Shown piece after piece: positions 47,984-63,907 of a DNA stretch of 64,000 nt. The stretch is from the human T2T-CHM13v2.0 reference genome, Homo sapiens, in NCBI RefSeq assembly GCF_009914755.1, contig NC_060936.1; one strand, given 5' to 3'. How positions within the stretch are numbered: position 1 is the stretch's first letter; each line of letters begins with the position of its first letter. Below the pieces are notes generated by a model. It ran no database searches and had not been told where the DNA came from. It saw only the letters and a program-made list of their open reading frames with translations. The position numbers and the translations under genes were made by a program.

Positions 47984-48832
47984 AAGACTACCTCAAGACA
48001 TTTAATAATCAAACTCCCAGAGGTCAAGGATAAGGAAAGGATCTTAAAAGCATCAAGAGTAAAGAAACAAACAATATAAAAAGCAGCTCTAATATCTCTG
48101 GCAGCAGACTTCTCAGTGGAAACCTTACAAGCCAGGACAGAGTGGCATGACATATTTAATGTGCTGAAGGAAAAATACACATATTCTAGAATAGTATATC
48201 CAGTAAAAATACACTTCAAACAAGAAGGAGAAATAAAGACTTACCCAGACAAACAAAAGCTGAGGGTTTTTATCAACACCAGAATTGTCCTACAAGAAAT
48301 GCTAAAGGGAGTTCTTCAATCTGAAAGAAAAGGTCATTAACAAGCAATAAAAAATCATCTGAAGGTACAAAACTTACTGGTAATTGTAAATACACAGAGA
48401 AACACAGAATATTATAACACTGTAATTGTGGTATGTAAATTACTAATATCTTGAGTAGAAAGACAAAAATATGAACCTACAAAAAATTTCAGAAACCATT
48501 TAAGACATACACAGTATAATAAGATATAAGTAGAAATAATAAAGTTAAAAAGCAATGGGGAGGGGGATGAAGTTAAAGTGTAGAGTTTTTATTACTTTTT
48601 TTGCTTCTTTGTTAATCTGTTTGTTCTTGCAATCAATGTTAACTTATCAGTTGAAAATAATGGATTAAATGATGTTATTTGCAAGACTCATGGTAAACTG
48701 AAGTAAAAAACCTACAATGGATACACAAAAATAAAAAGAATAAATTAAAACATACGAGCAGAGAAAATTACCTTTACTAAATGGGAGACAGGAAAGAAGA
48801 AAGGATGAAAAAAGCAAGGAAGAAAAGAAGAA

Positions 48833-48917
48833 AGGGAGGGACGGAGGGAGGGAGGGAGGGAGGGAGGGAGGGAGGAAGGAAGGAAGGAAGGAAGGAAGGA
48901 AGGAAGGAAGGAAGGAA
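48833..48917. repeat. (GGGA)n(GGAA)n polypurine microsatellite
   Basis: Visible directly, within the L1MA inter-ORF region. Confidence 0.95.
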
Positions 48918-51900
48918 AATATCACAAAACAACCAAAAAACAAATAATGAAATGGTAGGAGTAAATTCTGACTTAATAATAATAACATTGAATGTAACTG
49001 GACTAAATTCTCTAATCAAAAGACATGGAGTAGTTGAATGAGAAAAAGAAGACCCAATGATTTCTTGCCTACAGGAAACATACTTCACCTATAAAGACAC
49101 ACACTGACAGAAAATAAAGATACGAAAAACAGTATTTCATGCAAAAGAGTGGGAGTAGCTATACTTAGACAAAATAGATTTCAAGACAACAACTATAAAA
49201 AGAGACAAAGAAGGTCATTATATAATGATAAAGGGGTCAATTCAGCAAGAGTATACAATAACCAAATATATATAAACTCAACACTGGAGCACCCAGATAT
49301 ATAAAGCAAATATTACTAGCTAAAGAGAGAGAGAGGCCTCAATATAATAATAGCTGGAGACTTCAACACTCCCCTTTCAGCATTGGACAGATCATCCAGA
49401 CAGGAAATTAACAAAGAAACATTGGGCTTAATCTGCACTATAGGCCAAATGGATCTAGCAAATATTTACAGAACATTCCATCCAATGGCTGTAGAATACA
49501 CATTATTCTCCTGAGCACATGAATTATTCTCAAGGGTAGACCATATGTTAGGTAACAAAACAAGTCTTAAAACATTTAAAAATATTTAATCATGTAAAGT
49601 ATCTTCTCTGGACACATGAGATAAAACTAGAAGTCAATAACAGGAGGAAATTTGGAAGCTGTACAAACATGGAAATTAAACAATATGCTCCTGAATGACC
49701 AATGTGTCAATGGAGATTAAGAAGAAAATTTAAAAATTTCTTGAAACAAATGAAAAGGAAAACCTAACATACCAAAGCTTATGGGATACAGCAAAAGCAG
49801 TACTAAGAGAAAATTGTATAGCAATAAATGCCTACATCAAAAAGTAGAAAAATTTCAAATAAACAACCTAAACTAGAAAAAAAGCAAGAGCAAACTAAAC
49901 CCAAAATTGGCAGAATAAAATAAATAATAAAGATCAAAGCATAAATAAATAAAATTTAAATTAAAAATACACATGATCGACAAAACTAGTTGTTTTTTGA
50001 AAAGTAAACAAAATTGACAAACCTTCAGCTATACTAACAAAGAAAAAAGAAGAAAACCCACATAAATAAAATCAGAGATAAAAGAGGAGACATTACAACT
50101 CACACCACAGAAATTCAAAGGATTAGTAGAGACTATTATGAGCAACGATATGTCAAAAAATTGGAAAACCTAGAAGAAATGGATACGTTCCCAGACATAT
50201 ACAACATAAGAAGATTGAACTATGAAGAAATCCACACCTGAATTGATCAATAACAAATAATGAGACCAAAGCTGTAATAAAAAGTCTCCCACCAATGAAA
50301 ATCCTAGGACCCAATGGCTACACTGCTGAATTCTACCAAACATTTAAAGAAGAACTAATATCAATCCTGCTCAAACTATTCCAAAAAATAGAGGAGGAAG
50401 AAATACTTACAAACTCATTCTACAAGGCCAGTAGTACCCTGATACCAAAAGCAGACAAAGACATATCAAAAAAGGAAAACTACAGGCCAATATCTCCAAT
50501 GAATATTGATGCAAAAATTCTGAATAAAATCCTAGCAAACCCAGATCAACAATATATTTTAAAAAATCATGCATCATGATCATATAGTATTTATCCCAGA
50601 GATGTAAGGATAGTTCAATATGCACAAATCAATCAATGTGATACATCATAACAACAGAATGAAAGACTAATGCCATATAATAATTCCAATTGATGATGAA
50701 AAAGCATTTGATAAAATTCAATATCCCTTCATGATAAAAATGTTCAAACAACTGAGTATAGAAGGAACTTACCTGAACATAATAAAAGCCATATATGACA
50801 GACACACAACTACTATGCTGAATGGGGGAAATCTGAAAGGCTTTCCTCTAAGATCTGAATAAAGTAAGGATGTCCACTTTCACCACTGTTATTAAACGTA
50901 GTACTGGAAGTCCCAGCTAGAGCAATCAGTTAACAGAAGTAAGTAAAAGGCATCCAAACTGGAAAGGAAGAATTCAAATTATCCTTGTTTGCAGATGATA
51001 TAATCTTACATTTAGAAAAACCTAAATACTTCACCAAAAAACTATTAGAACTGATAAACAAATTCAGTAAAGTTTCAGGCTACAAAATCAACACACAAAA
51101 ATCACTAGCATTTCTATATGCCAACAGCAAACAATATGAAAAAGAAATCAAGAATGTAGTCCCACTTATAATAACTATAAATAAATTTAAATACCTAGGA
51201 AATAACCAAGGAAATGAAAGACCTCTATGATGAAAACAATAAAATATTTACGAAAGAAATTGAAGAAAGCACACAAAAATGGAAAGATATTTCATGTTAT
51301 TTCAGCACTATTCACAATAGCCAAGGTTTGGAAGCAACCTAACTAGCCAGCAACAGATGAATGGAGAAATAAAATGGGTACATAAACACAATGGAGTACT
51401 ATTCAGCCATAAAGAGAAAGATCCTGTCACTGGCAACAACGTGGATGGAAATGGAGGACATTAGGTTAGGTGAAATATGCCAAGCACAGAAACACAAACT
51501 TTGCATATTCTTACCATTTGTCAGAGCTAAAAATTAAAACAATTGAACTCATGGAGAAAGAGAGCAGAATGATGGTTAACCAGGGGCTGGAAAAGGGTAC
51601 TAAGTGGGGTACTGATGGGATGGGGGTAAGGGAAAGTGGGAATGGTTAATGCGTACAAAATATAGTTAGATAGAATGAATAAGATTTAGTATTTGATAGC
51701 ACAACAGGGTCTGTACAGTCAACAATTTATTGTACATTTTTAAATAATTAAAAGTGTATAATTAAAATGTTTGCAACACAAAGAAATGTTAAATATTTGA
51801 GGTGATGGATATCCCATTTATTCAGATATAATCACACATTGTATGCCTGTATCAAAATATCTCATGTACAACATAAATATATATACACCTACTACGTACC

Positions 51901-54900
51901 CATAAACATTTTTAAAAAGAGAATATTTTGAATATTGAACTAAAACTTCTTGCTCTTTATTTAATCAAATAACTATTGGTTTTCAAAGAAATCAACTCAG
52001 AAGTTCATTTGTTTTTTTTCCCAATGATTCAATCTTTGCTCAAATAAATTTTGGGAAAAAATTAACTGATTTCTGAATTAGATCAGTTTTTACCACAAAA
52101 TCCACCTTGTTTCTTTATAGATTCATCTGGTTATTTACGATTCAGAGCCAGTAGCTCTAAATTCTACAAACTCTTTCATGTTATAGCAGAATTGGTATAA
52201 CAAAGTAATAATTGAGGGAGAGTTCAGATTTACCCAGAAAATTGCTCATTTGCCTGTAAAAATTCAGATTTTAAAGCAATTATCAGTACATTCATAAGTA
52301 AAGTAGCTCCTTAATCCTACGATGATGCTAACTACCCATAGGAAGAAAAAACGTCCCTATAAAATGATTGAACCTGAACATTTGATTGAGCAATGTAACT
52401 ATTTTCAAATGCATATTAGCACAAGTTTTAAATATCCTTTTTGACCCTACTTAATTCAAGGTCCATTTCACCTTCCCTGAAGAGTATCACAAGATGTCTC
52501 CTCCTTTCCCCAAGCACCACAGTGCCTTGTCTATTGGTCACAGGGTGATGCTTGGGAGAGTCCTCAGGTTGTAGTCAAGTATACAAATGTAAAACCCTGA
52601 AATCTTGAGTTAAAGAAATAGGGTGTAGTGATGGCTACTGAATACTTATATCTTTCCCAAAGAGTTATTTTTAATCATAATACAATGTTCTTGTTTTTCA
52701 ATTCTTCATCTGTGGCCTTTATTCCCCCCATAAAACCTAAGTTCTAATAGTCACATTATCAATATATAATATATTCTAAAGTATATGTGAGATCCCACTG
52801 TCTGCAGCATCTCAAGAATCGTTATCAATTCTCAATCATCAGCTTTATGTGCAGCAACCAAGCATGCCCACAAATGTTGTCTTTTCCCTCTAACAGACTT
52901 TTTAAAATCAGATCACAAATCAGTGTGAGTTTAGTCAAGGGACTCATTTTCCTCCGGCAGTGATTGCATTAGCTGTCACAACTGGAGTTTAAAGTCATGC
53001 ACTTGGGGTCACATTTTCCTTGATCCAGTGCCATTCCTGCCTTTGGCAATATCAGCAACTGTGATTATTATAACTACCCCCAGGTGACAGACTTAGCATT
53101 TCATTTTGGGGGTGAAAGTAGTGAAAAGGGATGGAAAGTTTAGTATCTATATAAAGTTTATGACATTTCCAAGTACCATAGAGCTAAAAGAACAAACAGT
53201 ATCTAATCTTGCCTGCCCATGATGAGATCAGAGGGCACCACACATGGGTTAGCACTCAGAAAATACTACACTAACAATTCCTTTTTTCCCAAAGTAATTT
53301 AAAGTCACATTTAAAAAAATGTTGCAGTTATATCAAATCTTTTTCCAACCTCCATCCTGCGGAATGTTATGTTCGTGTCCTTTTTATGTTCTTTATTTCT
53401 TATTTCTTTTCAGATCAAAGAGAAAGCAATGCTTAAAAATAATATTTTCAAGGTTGGCATTTGTTTTGTAATCCAAAACAAGAAAAAATCATTTAAAAAT
53501 CTGAAATATCATCTCAGAAGAGAAACACTACTTGCTCTGAAAACTTAGGCTATTCGTTTGTTTTTTTAGTTATTGGACAACCTGATGTAAGCTCACATGC
53601 ATGCATTCTCTGAGATGCTGGCACTAAGAGCATAAACACATCAGCCACTACATTTTGTGTGCTGAGTTTTAACGCTGCTCTCCTGGGGGACAAGGGCTCA
53701 ATTGTGAAGACTGGCTTTACGTTTTCCTATTATTTTTTCTAGATCCTTCTCTCCCTTATACAAAATCTTACAGGGTCTTTTTTTAGATAGTATTTTTGAG
53801 ATAAGCTGACCTCTGAAAAGCTTTAAACAATAGAAAGATCTTGTTAGATCTATCAGGAAGAGGAGTTTTTGTGAAGCAGGTAAATAAACATCACCTGTGC
53901 AGAGGTGTGCTGCCGTCCTTAAATCCTAAGCACACACTGAAAACTCTAGTTTATAATCCTAAACCAATCTAATGTGGAGGCTCTTGATCTGCAATGACAG
54001 AAATGATTTTATAAAACGTTCACTTTCGGTTGAATGAAATCCACGCTCCTACCTCACAAGCATCTCTCATGCTATGCCCCTTTCCCATTTACTTGTGTGT
54101 GCACACATTCACAATTCGACTCTCTACAAATAACCTGTTAAATGTCCCCAAGCTCTGTCTGCCACACTGTAGATGGCTTAGTGAAAATAGTGCTTGACAT
54201 CTGAATCAGAGGTAAATTTAAGGGCAAGAGCCAAGGGCTAAAAAGGTTGAGTCCTGCTTTTATCTTTTGATACTTCTCTTTGGTTTGATGCTGAGTACCC
54301 TAGAGGTCAAAGGTAAGCTGGGCTGCAGTAGCCTTGCCACCACTACTATGCTAACACTTAGGGATGCAATAGGAACCCTGCAGTGGGGACTGCGGGGGAT
54401 TCCTCCTGCCACTAAACTACTTAGGGGCTTCATACAAATATGGAATCCGAGAGTCTACCACTTTTTCTCAAGGTCTTAATTTAGCAGTAGATTTGGCTCT
54501 ATTTAGTCAGGGTTATAATTGCTATAAACACTCCAGTGGCTTTTTAGATGAAAGTTTTCTCCTTTTAATGACTTGTTTTACCTTGTGACTATAAGCAACA
54601 GTGATGTCTAGTATAAAGAGTTAAAGTCTATTAGATAATTGTTGTTCCATCTCACCAACAGAAATAAATTGAAAATATTTGGAAGCTAAAATGTTTTAAA
54701 TTGCTACATAAATGCTGGCTTGCTCTTTGCCTGAAATGTGTGTGTGAACAGTTTACATAATAACCTGAATCACTGGGGCAGAGAGAAGTCTGTACAACAA
54801 TTAAACCTGTAATGTTTCCCAGTCATAGCCTTCAACTATACTGTGCTGATGCCATTACTCTACTCAAAAACCTGTAATAAATTAAATGTCAGTATCCTTA

Positions 54901-54913
54901 CAATGGCCTTAAG

Positions 54914-56283
54914 TTGGGAATGGATATCCTATTTAATAAATGGTGCTGGGAAAACTGGCAATTGACCTGTAGAAGAATGAAACTGGGCCCTTATTTGTCA
55001 CTATATACAAAAATCAACTCAAGACAGATCAAAGACTTAAATATAAGGCCTAAAATCATACAAATTCTAGAAGGCAATGTTAGAAAAAAAACTCTTCTAG
55101 ACATTTGCCTAGGCAAAGAACTCATGACTAAGACCCTAAAAGCAAATGTAACACAAACAAAAATAAATAAATGGGACCTAATTAAACTAAAAAGGTTCTG
55201 CACAACAAAAGAAATAATCAACAGAGTAAACAGACAACCCACAGAATGGGAGAAAAATATTTGCAAACTATTCATCTGACAAAGGACTAGTATCCAGAAT
55301 CTATAAGAAACTCTAACACCTCACCAAATAACCCCCAAATAACCCCATCAAAAAGTGGGCAAAGGACATGAATAGACATTTCTCAAAAGAAGATATACAA
55401 ATGGCCAACAAACATAGGAAAAAAAAATGCTCAATATAACTAATCATCAAGGAAATAAAAATTAAAACCCAATGAGATTGAACCTTACTCCTGCAAGAAT
55501 GACTATTACTAAAGTCAAAAAACAATAGATTTTGGCATGGATGTGATAAGAAGGGAACACTTATACACTGTTTGTGGAAATGAAAATCAGTAAAACCTCT
55601 ATTAAAAACAGCAACGAAAACCAGTAAAACCTCTATTAAAAACAGCATAGAGTTTCCTTAAAGAGCTAAAAGTAGATCTACGGTTAGATCCAGCAATCCC
55701 ACTACTGGGTATCTCCCCAAAGGAATATAAGTCATTATATAAGAAAAAGACTTGCACATGTATGTTTATAGAAGCACAATTCACAATTGCAAAGATGTGT
55801 AACCAACCTAAGTGCTCATTGACCAATGAGTAGATAAAGAAAATGTAGTTTGTGTATATATATATATATAATATATAAATATATATTATAAATAATATAA
55901 ATATATATATTATATATATATATGGAATACTACTCAGCCCTTAAAAGAAAGGAAATAATGTATTTTGCAGCAACTTGGATGGAACTGGAGGCCATTATTC
56001 TAAGTGAAGTCGCACAGAACTGGAAAGCCAAAAACCACATATTCTCACTTGTAAGTGGTAGCTAAGCTTTGAGTATGCAAAGGCATACAGAATGATATGA
56101 TGAACTTTAGAGAGTCAGTATGGGGAAGGTGGGAGGGGGGCCAGGGATACAAAAACTACACATTAGGTACAATGTACACGACGTGGGTGACAAATGCACT
56201 AAAATCTCAGAATTCACCACTATATAATTCATTCATGTAACCAAAACCACTTGTACCCCAAAAAGCTATTGAAATAAAAAAAA
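54914..56283 (+). mobile_element. L1PB-type 3' fragment inserted in an L2 relic
   Basis: ORF2 peptide [10 protein letters not shown]...[12 protein letters not shown] and 3' end CACTTGTACCCCAAAAGCTATTGAAATAAAAA. CAATGGCCT flanks both sides. Confidence 0.88.
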
Positions 56284-56502
56284 TTCTTTCAATGGCCTAA
56301 ATTGATGACATTATCATTATTACATCATATGAATCCTCCCCTGGCTATTTCTTTATTCTCAGCTCACACTGCTATCTCCCCAACCTGCTTGTTCTTGCTT
56401 AAACATGACAGTCATGCTTCCTTCCTAGGCCTTTACATAGGCTGTTCCCCATTCCTGGAACATTCTTCCTAAGTCTCTTCAAGTCTTTATTTAATACTCA
56501 TT

Positions 56503-59500
56503 GCTGGAGTGGACCTCCAGCAAACTGCAGCAGACCTGCAGAAAAGGGGCCTGTTAGAAGAAAAGCTAACAAACAGAAAGCAACGACAACGAATCAACAA
56601 AAAAGACTCCCACACAAAAACCTCATCCAAAGGTCATCGGCCTCAAAGATCAAAAGTAGATAAATCCATGAGGATGAGGAAATACCAGTGCAAAACGCTG
56701 AAAACTCCAAAAGCCAGAATGCCTCTCTCCTCCAAATAATTGCAACTCCTCTCCAGCAAGGCCACAAAACGGAACAGACAATGAGATTGACACATTGACA
56801 GAAGTCAGCTTCAGAAGGTGGGTAATAACAAACTCCTCTGAGCTAAAGGAGCATGTTCCAACCCAATGCAAGGAAGCTAAGAACCTTGATAAAAAGTTGC
56901 AAGAACTGCTAACTAGAATAACCAGTTTAGAGAGGAACATAAATGACCTAATGGAGCTGAAAAACACAGCATGAGAACTTCATGAAGCATATACAACTAT
57001 CAATAGCTGAATCAATCAAATTGAAGAAAGAATATCAGAGATTGCAGATCCCCTTGCTGAAATAAGGCATGAAGACAAGATTAGAGAAAAAAGAATAAAA
57101 CGTAACTAACAAAGCCTACAAGAAATATGGGACTAGGTGAAAAGACCAAACCTACAATTGATTGGTGTACCTGAAAGTGACAGGGAGAATGGAACCAAGT
57201 TGGAAAACACTCTTTATTAAATTATCCAGGAGAACTTCCCCAACCTAGCAAGACAGGCCAACATGCAAATTCAGGAAATACAGAGAACATCACTAAGATA
57301 CTCCTCGAGAAGATCAACCCAAAGACATATAATCATCAGATTCTCCAAGGTTGAAATGAAGCAAAAATGTTAAGGGCATCCAGAGAGAAAGGTCAGGTTA
57401 CCTACAAGGGGAAGCCCATTAGACTAACAACAGATCTCTCTGCAGACACCCTACAAGCCTGAAGAGAGTGGAGGCCAATATTCGACATTCTTAAAGAAAA
57501 GAATTTTCAACCCAGAAGATCATATCCAGTCAAACTCAGCTTCATAAGCGAAGGAGAAATAAAATCTTTACAGACAAGCAAATGCTGAGGGATTTTGTCA
57601 CTACCAGGCCTAGCTTACAGGAGCTTCTGAAGGAAGCACTAAATATGGAAAGGAAAAACCAGCACCAGCCACTGGAAAAATGCAACAAAATACAAAGACC
57701 AATGACACTCTGAAGAAATGGCATCAACTAATGTGCAAAATAACCAGCTAGCATCATGATGACAAGATCAAATTCATACATAACAATATTAACCTTAAAT
57801 GTAAATGGACTAAATGCCACAATTAAAAGACACAGGCTAGCAAATTGGATAGACTCAAAACCCATTGGTGTGCTGTATTCAGGAGACCCATCTCACATGC
57901 AAAGACACACATAGGCTCAAAATAAAGGGATGGAGGAAGGTTTACCAAGCAAACGGAAAAAAAAAAAAAAAGGCAGGGATTGCAATCCTAGTCTCTGATA
58001 AAACAGACTTTAAGCTAAGAAAGATCAAAAAAGACAAATAAGAGCATTACATAATGGTAAAGGGATCAATGAAACAGGAAGAGCTAACTATCCTAAATAT
58101 ATATGCACCCATTACAGGAGCACCCAGATTCCTAAAACAAGTTCTGAGAGACCTACAAAGAGACTTAGAGTCCCATACAAGAATAGAGGAAGACTTTAAC
58201 ATCCCACTGACAATAATAGATCAATGAGACAGAAAATTAACAAGGATATTCAGAAATCGAACTCAGCACTGGATCAAGTGGACCTAATAGACATCGACAG
58301 AACTTTCCACGCCAAATCAACAGAATATATATTCTTCTCAGTGTCACATAGCACTTATTCTAAAATCAATCACATAATTGCACTCCTCAGCAAATGCAAA
58401 AGAATGGAAATCATAACAAACAGTCTCTCAGACCACAGTGCAATCAAATTAGAACTCAGGATTAAGAAACTCACTCAAAACTGCACAACTACATGGAAAT
58501 GGAACAACCTGCTTCTGAACGATTCCTGTGTAAATAATGAAATTAAGATGGAAATGAAGAAGTTATTTGAAACCAATAAGAACAAAGAAAAAATATACCA
58601 GAATCTCTGGGACATAGCTAAAGCAGTGTTAAGAGGGACATTTATAGTGCTAAATGCCCACATCAGAAAGATGGAAAGATCTGAAATCAACATCCTAACA
58701 TCACAATTAAAAGAACTAGAGAAGCAAGAGCAAACAAATTCAAAAGCTAGCAGAAGGCAAGAAAAGACTAAGATCAGACCAGAAATGAAGAAGATAGAGA
58801 CATGAAAAACCCTTCAAAAAATCAATGAATCCAGGCATTGGGTTTTGGAAAAAATTAACAAAATAGATAGACCACTGGCTAGACTATAAAGAATAAAGGA
58901 GAGAAGAATCAAATAGACACAATGAAAACTGATAAAGGGGATATCACCCTGATCACATAGAAATACAAACTACCATCAGAGAATACTTTAAACACCTCTA
59001 TGCAAATAAACTAGAAAATCTAGAAGAAATGGATAAATTCCTGGACACATACACCCTCCCAAGACTATACCAGGAAGAAATCAAATCCTTAATAGACCAA
59101 TAACAAGTTCTGAAATTGAGGCAGTAATTAAAAACCTACCAAGCAAAAAAAAAAAAAAAAGCCCAGGACCAGATGGATTCATAGCTGAATTCTACCAGCA
59201 GTACAAAGAGGAGCTGGTACCATTTCTTCTGCAAGTATTCCAAACAAGAGAAAAAGAGGGACTCCTCCCTTACTCATTTTATGAGGCCAGCATCATCCTG
59301 ATACCAAAACCTGGCAGAGACACAACAACAAAAAAAAGGAATTTCAGGCCAATAACCCTAATTAACATTGATGTGAAAATCCTCAATAAAATACTGGCAA
59401 ACTGAATCCAGCAGCACACCAAAAAGCTTATCCACCACAATCAAGTCGGCTTCATCCCTGGGATGCAAGGCTGGTTCAGCATACACAAATCAATAAACAT

Positions 59501-61845
59501 AATCCATCACACAAACAGAACCAAAGACAAAAACCACATGATTATCTCAATAGATTCAGAAAAGGCCTTTGATAAAATTCAATATCCCTTCATGTTAAAA
59601 ACTCTAAATAAACTAGGTATTGATGGAACACACCTCAAAATAATAAGAGCTATTTATGACAAACCCATAGCCAATATCATACTGAATGGGCAAAACTGGA
59701 AGCATTCCTTTTGAAAACTGGCACGAGACAAGGATGCCCTCTCTCTCACCACTCCTATTCAACATAGTCTTGAAAGTTCTGGTCAGGGCAATCAGGAAAG
59801 AAAAGGTAATAAAGAATATTCAAATAGGAAGAGAGGAAGTCAAATTTTCTCTGTTTGCAGAAGACATGATGGTATATTTAGAAAACCCCATTGTCTCAGC
59901 TGAAAATATCCTTAAGCTGATAAGCAACTTCAGCAAAGTCTCAGGATACAAAATCAATGCACAAAAATCATAAGCATCCCTATATAGCAACAATAAATAA
60001 GCAGAGAGACAAATCATGAGTGAACTCCTATTCACAATTGCTACAAATAGAATAAAATACCTAGGAATACAACTTACAAAGGACATGAAGGACCTCTTCA
60101 AGGAGAAATACAAACCACTGCTCAGGGAAATAAGAGGACACAAACAAATGGGAAAAGCATTCCATGTTCATAGATAGGAAGAATCAATATCATGAAAATG
60201 GCCATACTGCCCAAAGTAATTTATATATTGAATGCTATTCCCACCAAGCTACCATTGACTTTCTTTGCAGAATTAGAAAAAACTACTTTAAATTTCATAT
60301 GGAACCAAAAAAGAGCCCGTATAGCCAAGACAATCCTAAGCAAAAAGAACAAAGATGAAGGCATCATGCCACCTGACTTCAAACTAAACTACAAGGCTAC
60401 AGTAACTAAAACAGCATTGGACTGGTACCAAAACAGATATATAGACCAATGGAACAGAACAGAGGCCTCAGAAGTAACACCACTCATCTACAACCATCTG
60501 ATCTTTGACAATCCTGACAAAAACAAGCAATGGGGAAAGGATTCCCTATTTAATAAATGGTGCTGGGAAAACTGGCCAGCCATATGCAGAAAACAGAAAC
60601 TGGACCCCTTCTTAAACCTTATACAAAAACTAACTCAAGATGGATTACAGACTTAAATGTAAAACCCAAAACCATAAAAACCCTGGAAGAAAATACCATT
60701 AGAAGGTAATGGTATTTTGGTATTTTAAAACCCTAGAAGGCAATACCATTCAGGACTTAGGCATGGGCAAATAATTCATGACTAAAGCACCAAAAGCGAT
60801 TGTAACAAAAGTAAAAATTGACAAATGGGATCCAATTAAACTAAAGAGCTTCTGCACAGAAAAAGAAACTATCATCAGACTGAATAGGCAACCTATAGAA
60901 TGAGAAAAAATTTTTGCAATCTACCCATCTGACAAAGGTTTAACATCCAGAATCTACAAGGAACTTAAACAAATTTATAAGAAAAAAACAACCCCATCAA
61001 AAAGTGGGCAAAGGATATGAACAGACACTTCTCAAAACAAGATATTTATGCAGCCAACAAACATGAGAAAAAGCTCATCCTAATTCCTCATTAGAGAAAT
61101 GCAAATCAAAATCACAATGAGATACCACCTAATACCAGTTAGAATGATGATTATTAAAAAGTCAGCAAACAACAGATGCTGGCGAGGCTGTATAGAAATA
61201 GGGATGCTATTACACTGTTGGTGGGAGTGTAAATTAGTTCAACCGTTGTGGAAGACAGTATGGCAATTCCTGAAGGATCTAGAGCCAGAAATACCATTTG
61301 ACCCAGCAATCCCATTACTGGGTATATACCCAAAGGAATGTAAATCATTCTCCCATAAAGACACATGCGTATGTATGTTTATTGTAGCACTATTCGCAAT
61401 AGCAAATACTTGGAACCAACCCAAATGCCCATCAATGATAGACTGGATAAAGAAAATGTGGCACATATACACCATGGAATACTATGCATCCATAAAAAAG
61501 AATGAGTTCATGTCATTTGCAGGGACATGGATGAACTTGGAAACCATCATTCTCAGAAAACTAACACAGGATCAGAAAACCAAACACCGCATGGTCTCAC
61601 TCATAAGTGGGAGTTGAATAATGAGAACACATGGACACAGGCAGGGGAACGTCACACAGTGGGGCCTGTCAGGGAGTGGGGGGCAAGGGGAGGGAGAGCA
61701 TTAGGACAAATACCTAATGCATGTGGGGCTTATAATCTACATGATGGGTTAATAGGTGCAGCAAACCACCATGGCACATGTATACCTATGTAACCAACCT
61801 GCATATTCTGCACATGTATCCCAGAACTTAAAGTAAAATAAAAAA
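56503..61845 (+). mobile_element. L1PA8-like element truncated in the 5' UTR, with ORF1 and ORF2 disrupted
   Basis: Begins CTGGAGTGGACCTCCAGCAAACT. ORF2 fragments are present with FADD changed to FAED. 3' UTR GGGAGAGCATTAGGACAAATACCTAATGCATGTGGGGCTT. Confidence 0.92.
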
Positions 61846-62349
61846 GTTTAAAATGTAATAAATTAAATTTTTTTAAGATTCTTTAATATAATTTTTAATC
61901 AGTAAAGTCTTGGTTACTGAGTTCGTACTTAATAAGAATGCACAACTTCCACCAAAGCTGTTCAATTAGGTAGTGGTTATTCTAAATCACTGGACAACCT
62001 CCTGACTTCTCAAGTCATCTGCCCAAAGGGCAACTGATTTTTGTCCCCTGTTTTAATCTTCTGAGCCTAAAACTAAGCTTTTTGAGGTCAATCCTGTCAG
62101 TGATAGTATTGTTTTATTAACATTAGCAAATAAGTTACAAACACACACTGTTGTCTAAGTCTAATACATAAAATGTTGATGGAATATACTTAACTCTGAG
62201 ACAACTAGAAACAAAGACACCCTTCACTTTCCCATCAAAAGAGGAAGATATTTATTGGATTTGCCTTTATTCTAGGAATATGAATGAATTCACGAGAGAA
62301 TCCTCTATTTGTATGCATTATGCCATGATCCCTGAGATGAGCAATTTTT

Positions 62350-63258
<909 letters not shown>

Positions 63259-63907
63259 GAGATGAGAAATTTTTATATTAAGACTATAAAAGTCGATACG
63301 TGTCATAATATTTGGCACAAAGCAGATGCTGAACAAATATTGAATAAATAAATGTCTGGATGAGTAGATGGCTAGATGAATGCTTGGTTGGTTGGCTGCC
63401 TGGCTGGATAGACATTGAAGAAATAAAACTTTTAAAACTCAGAATATTGAAACAAAATGATAAATAATGATAGAGAAACACTGTATCTAATATGTCTCTG
63501 GACCATTGATCTAGAACCATTTATGAGTATATATGTTATCAATAAATATTGGAGCATGCTCCCTAATCCATATTGACCCATATATATAATTCTTAGTGCA
63601 ATACTCTTCTAATATAATATATACACATTACATATTTTCATAAATATCTTTTTAAGTATGATATAAAATCTAAATAAGATAAGAATTAATTACAACATTT
63701 AATTCCCACACTGCATGTGTCATGTTGCAGAATGGCTGGGGTATTTGCATTCCATATTGGAAGCCACAGATATAGACAATGAATTTGGAAGTTAGGCCCT
63801 TTGCCCACTCAAAATAAGAAGATCTGGCAAGAATAGGATAAACACAGAAGAAACAACTGCTGTCCTAGGACACTAAACAATTCACACCAGGGGACTAACT
63901 AATTAAG

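Noticed and set aside
48665-49088. Low-complexity ORFs (PSFL and EGRK repeats)
   Set aside because: They are translations of the GGGA/GGAA microsatellite.
51920-54900. 3-kb apparently unique stretch as a possible exon or enhancer region
   Set aside because: I see no convincing ORF, splice pair or structure. Conservation or chromatin data would be needed.
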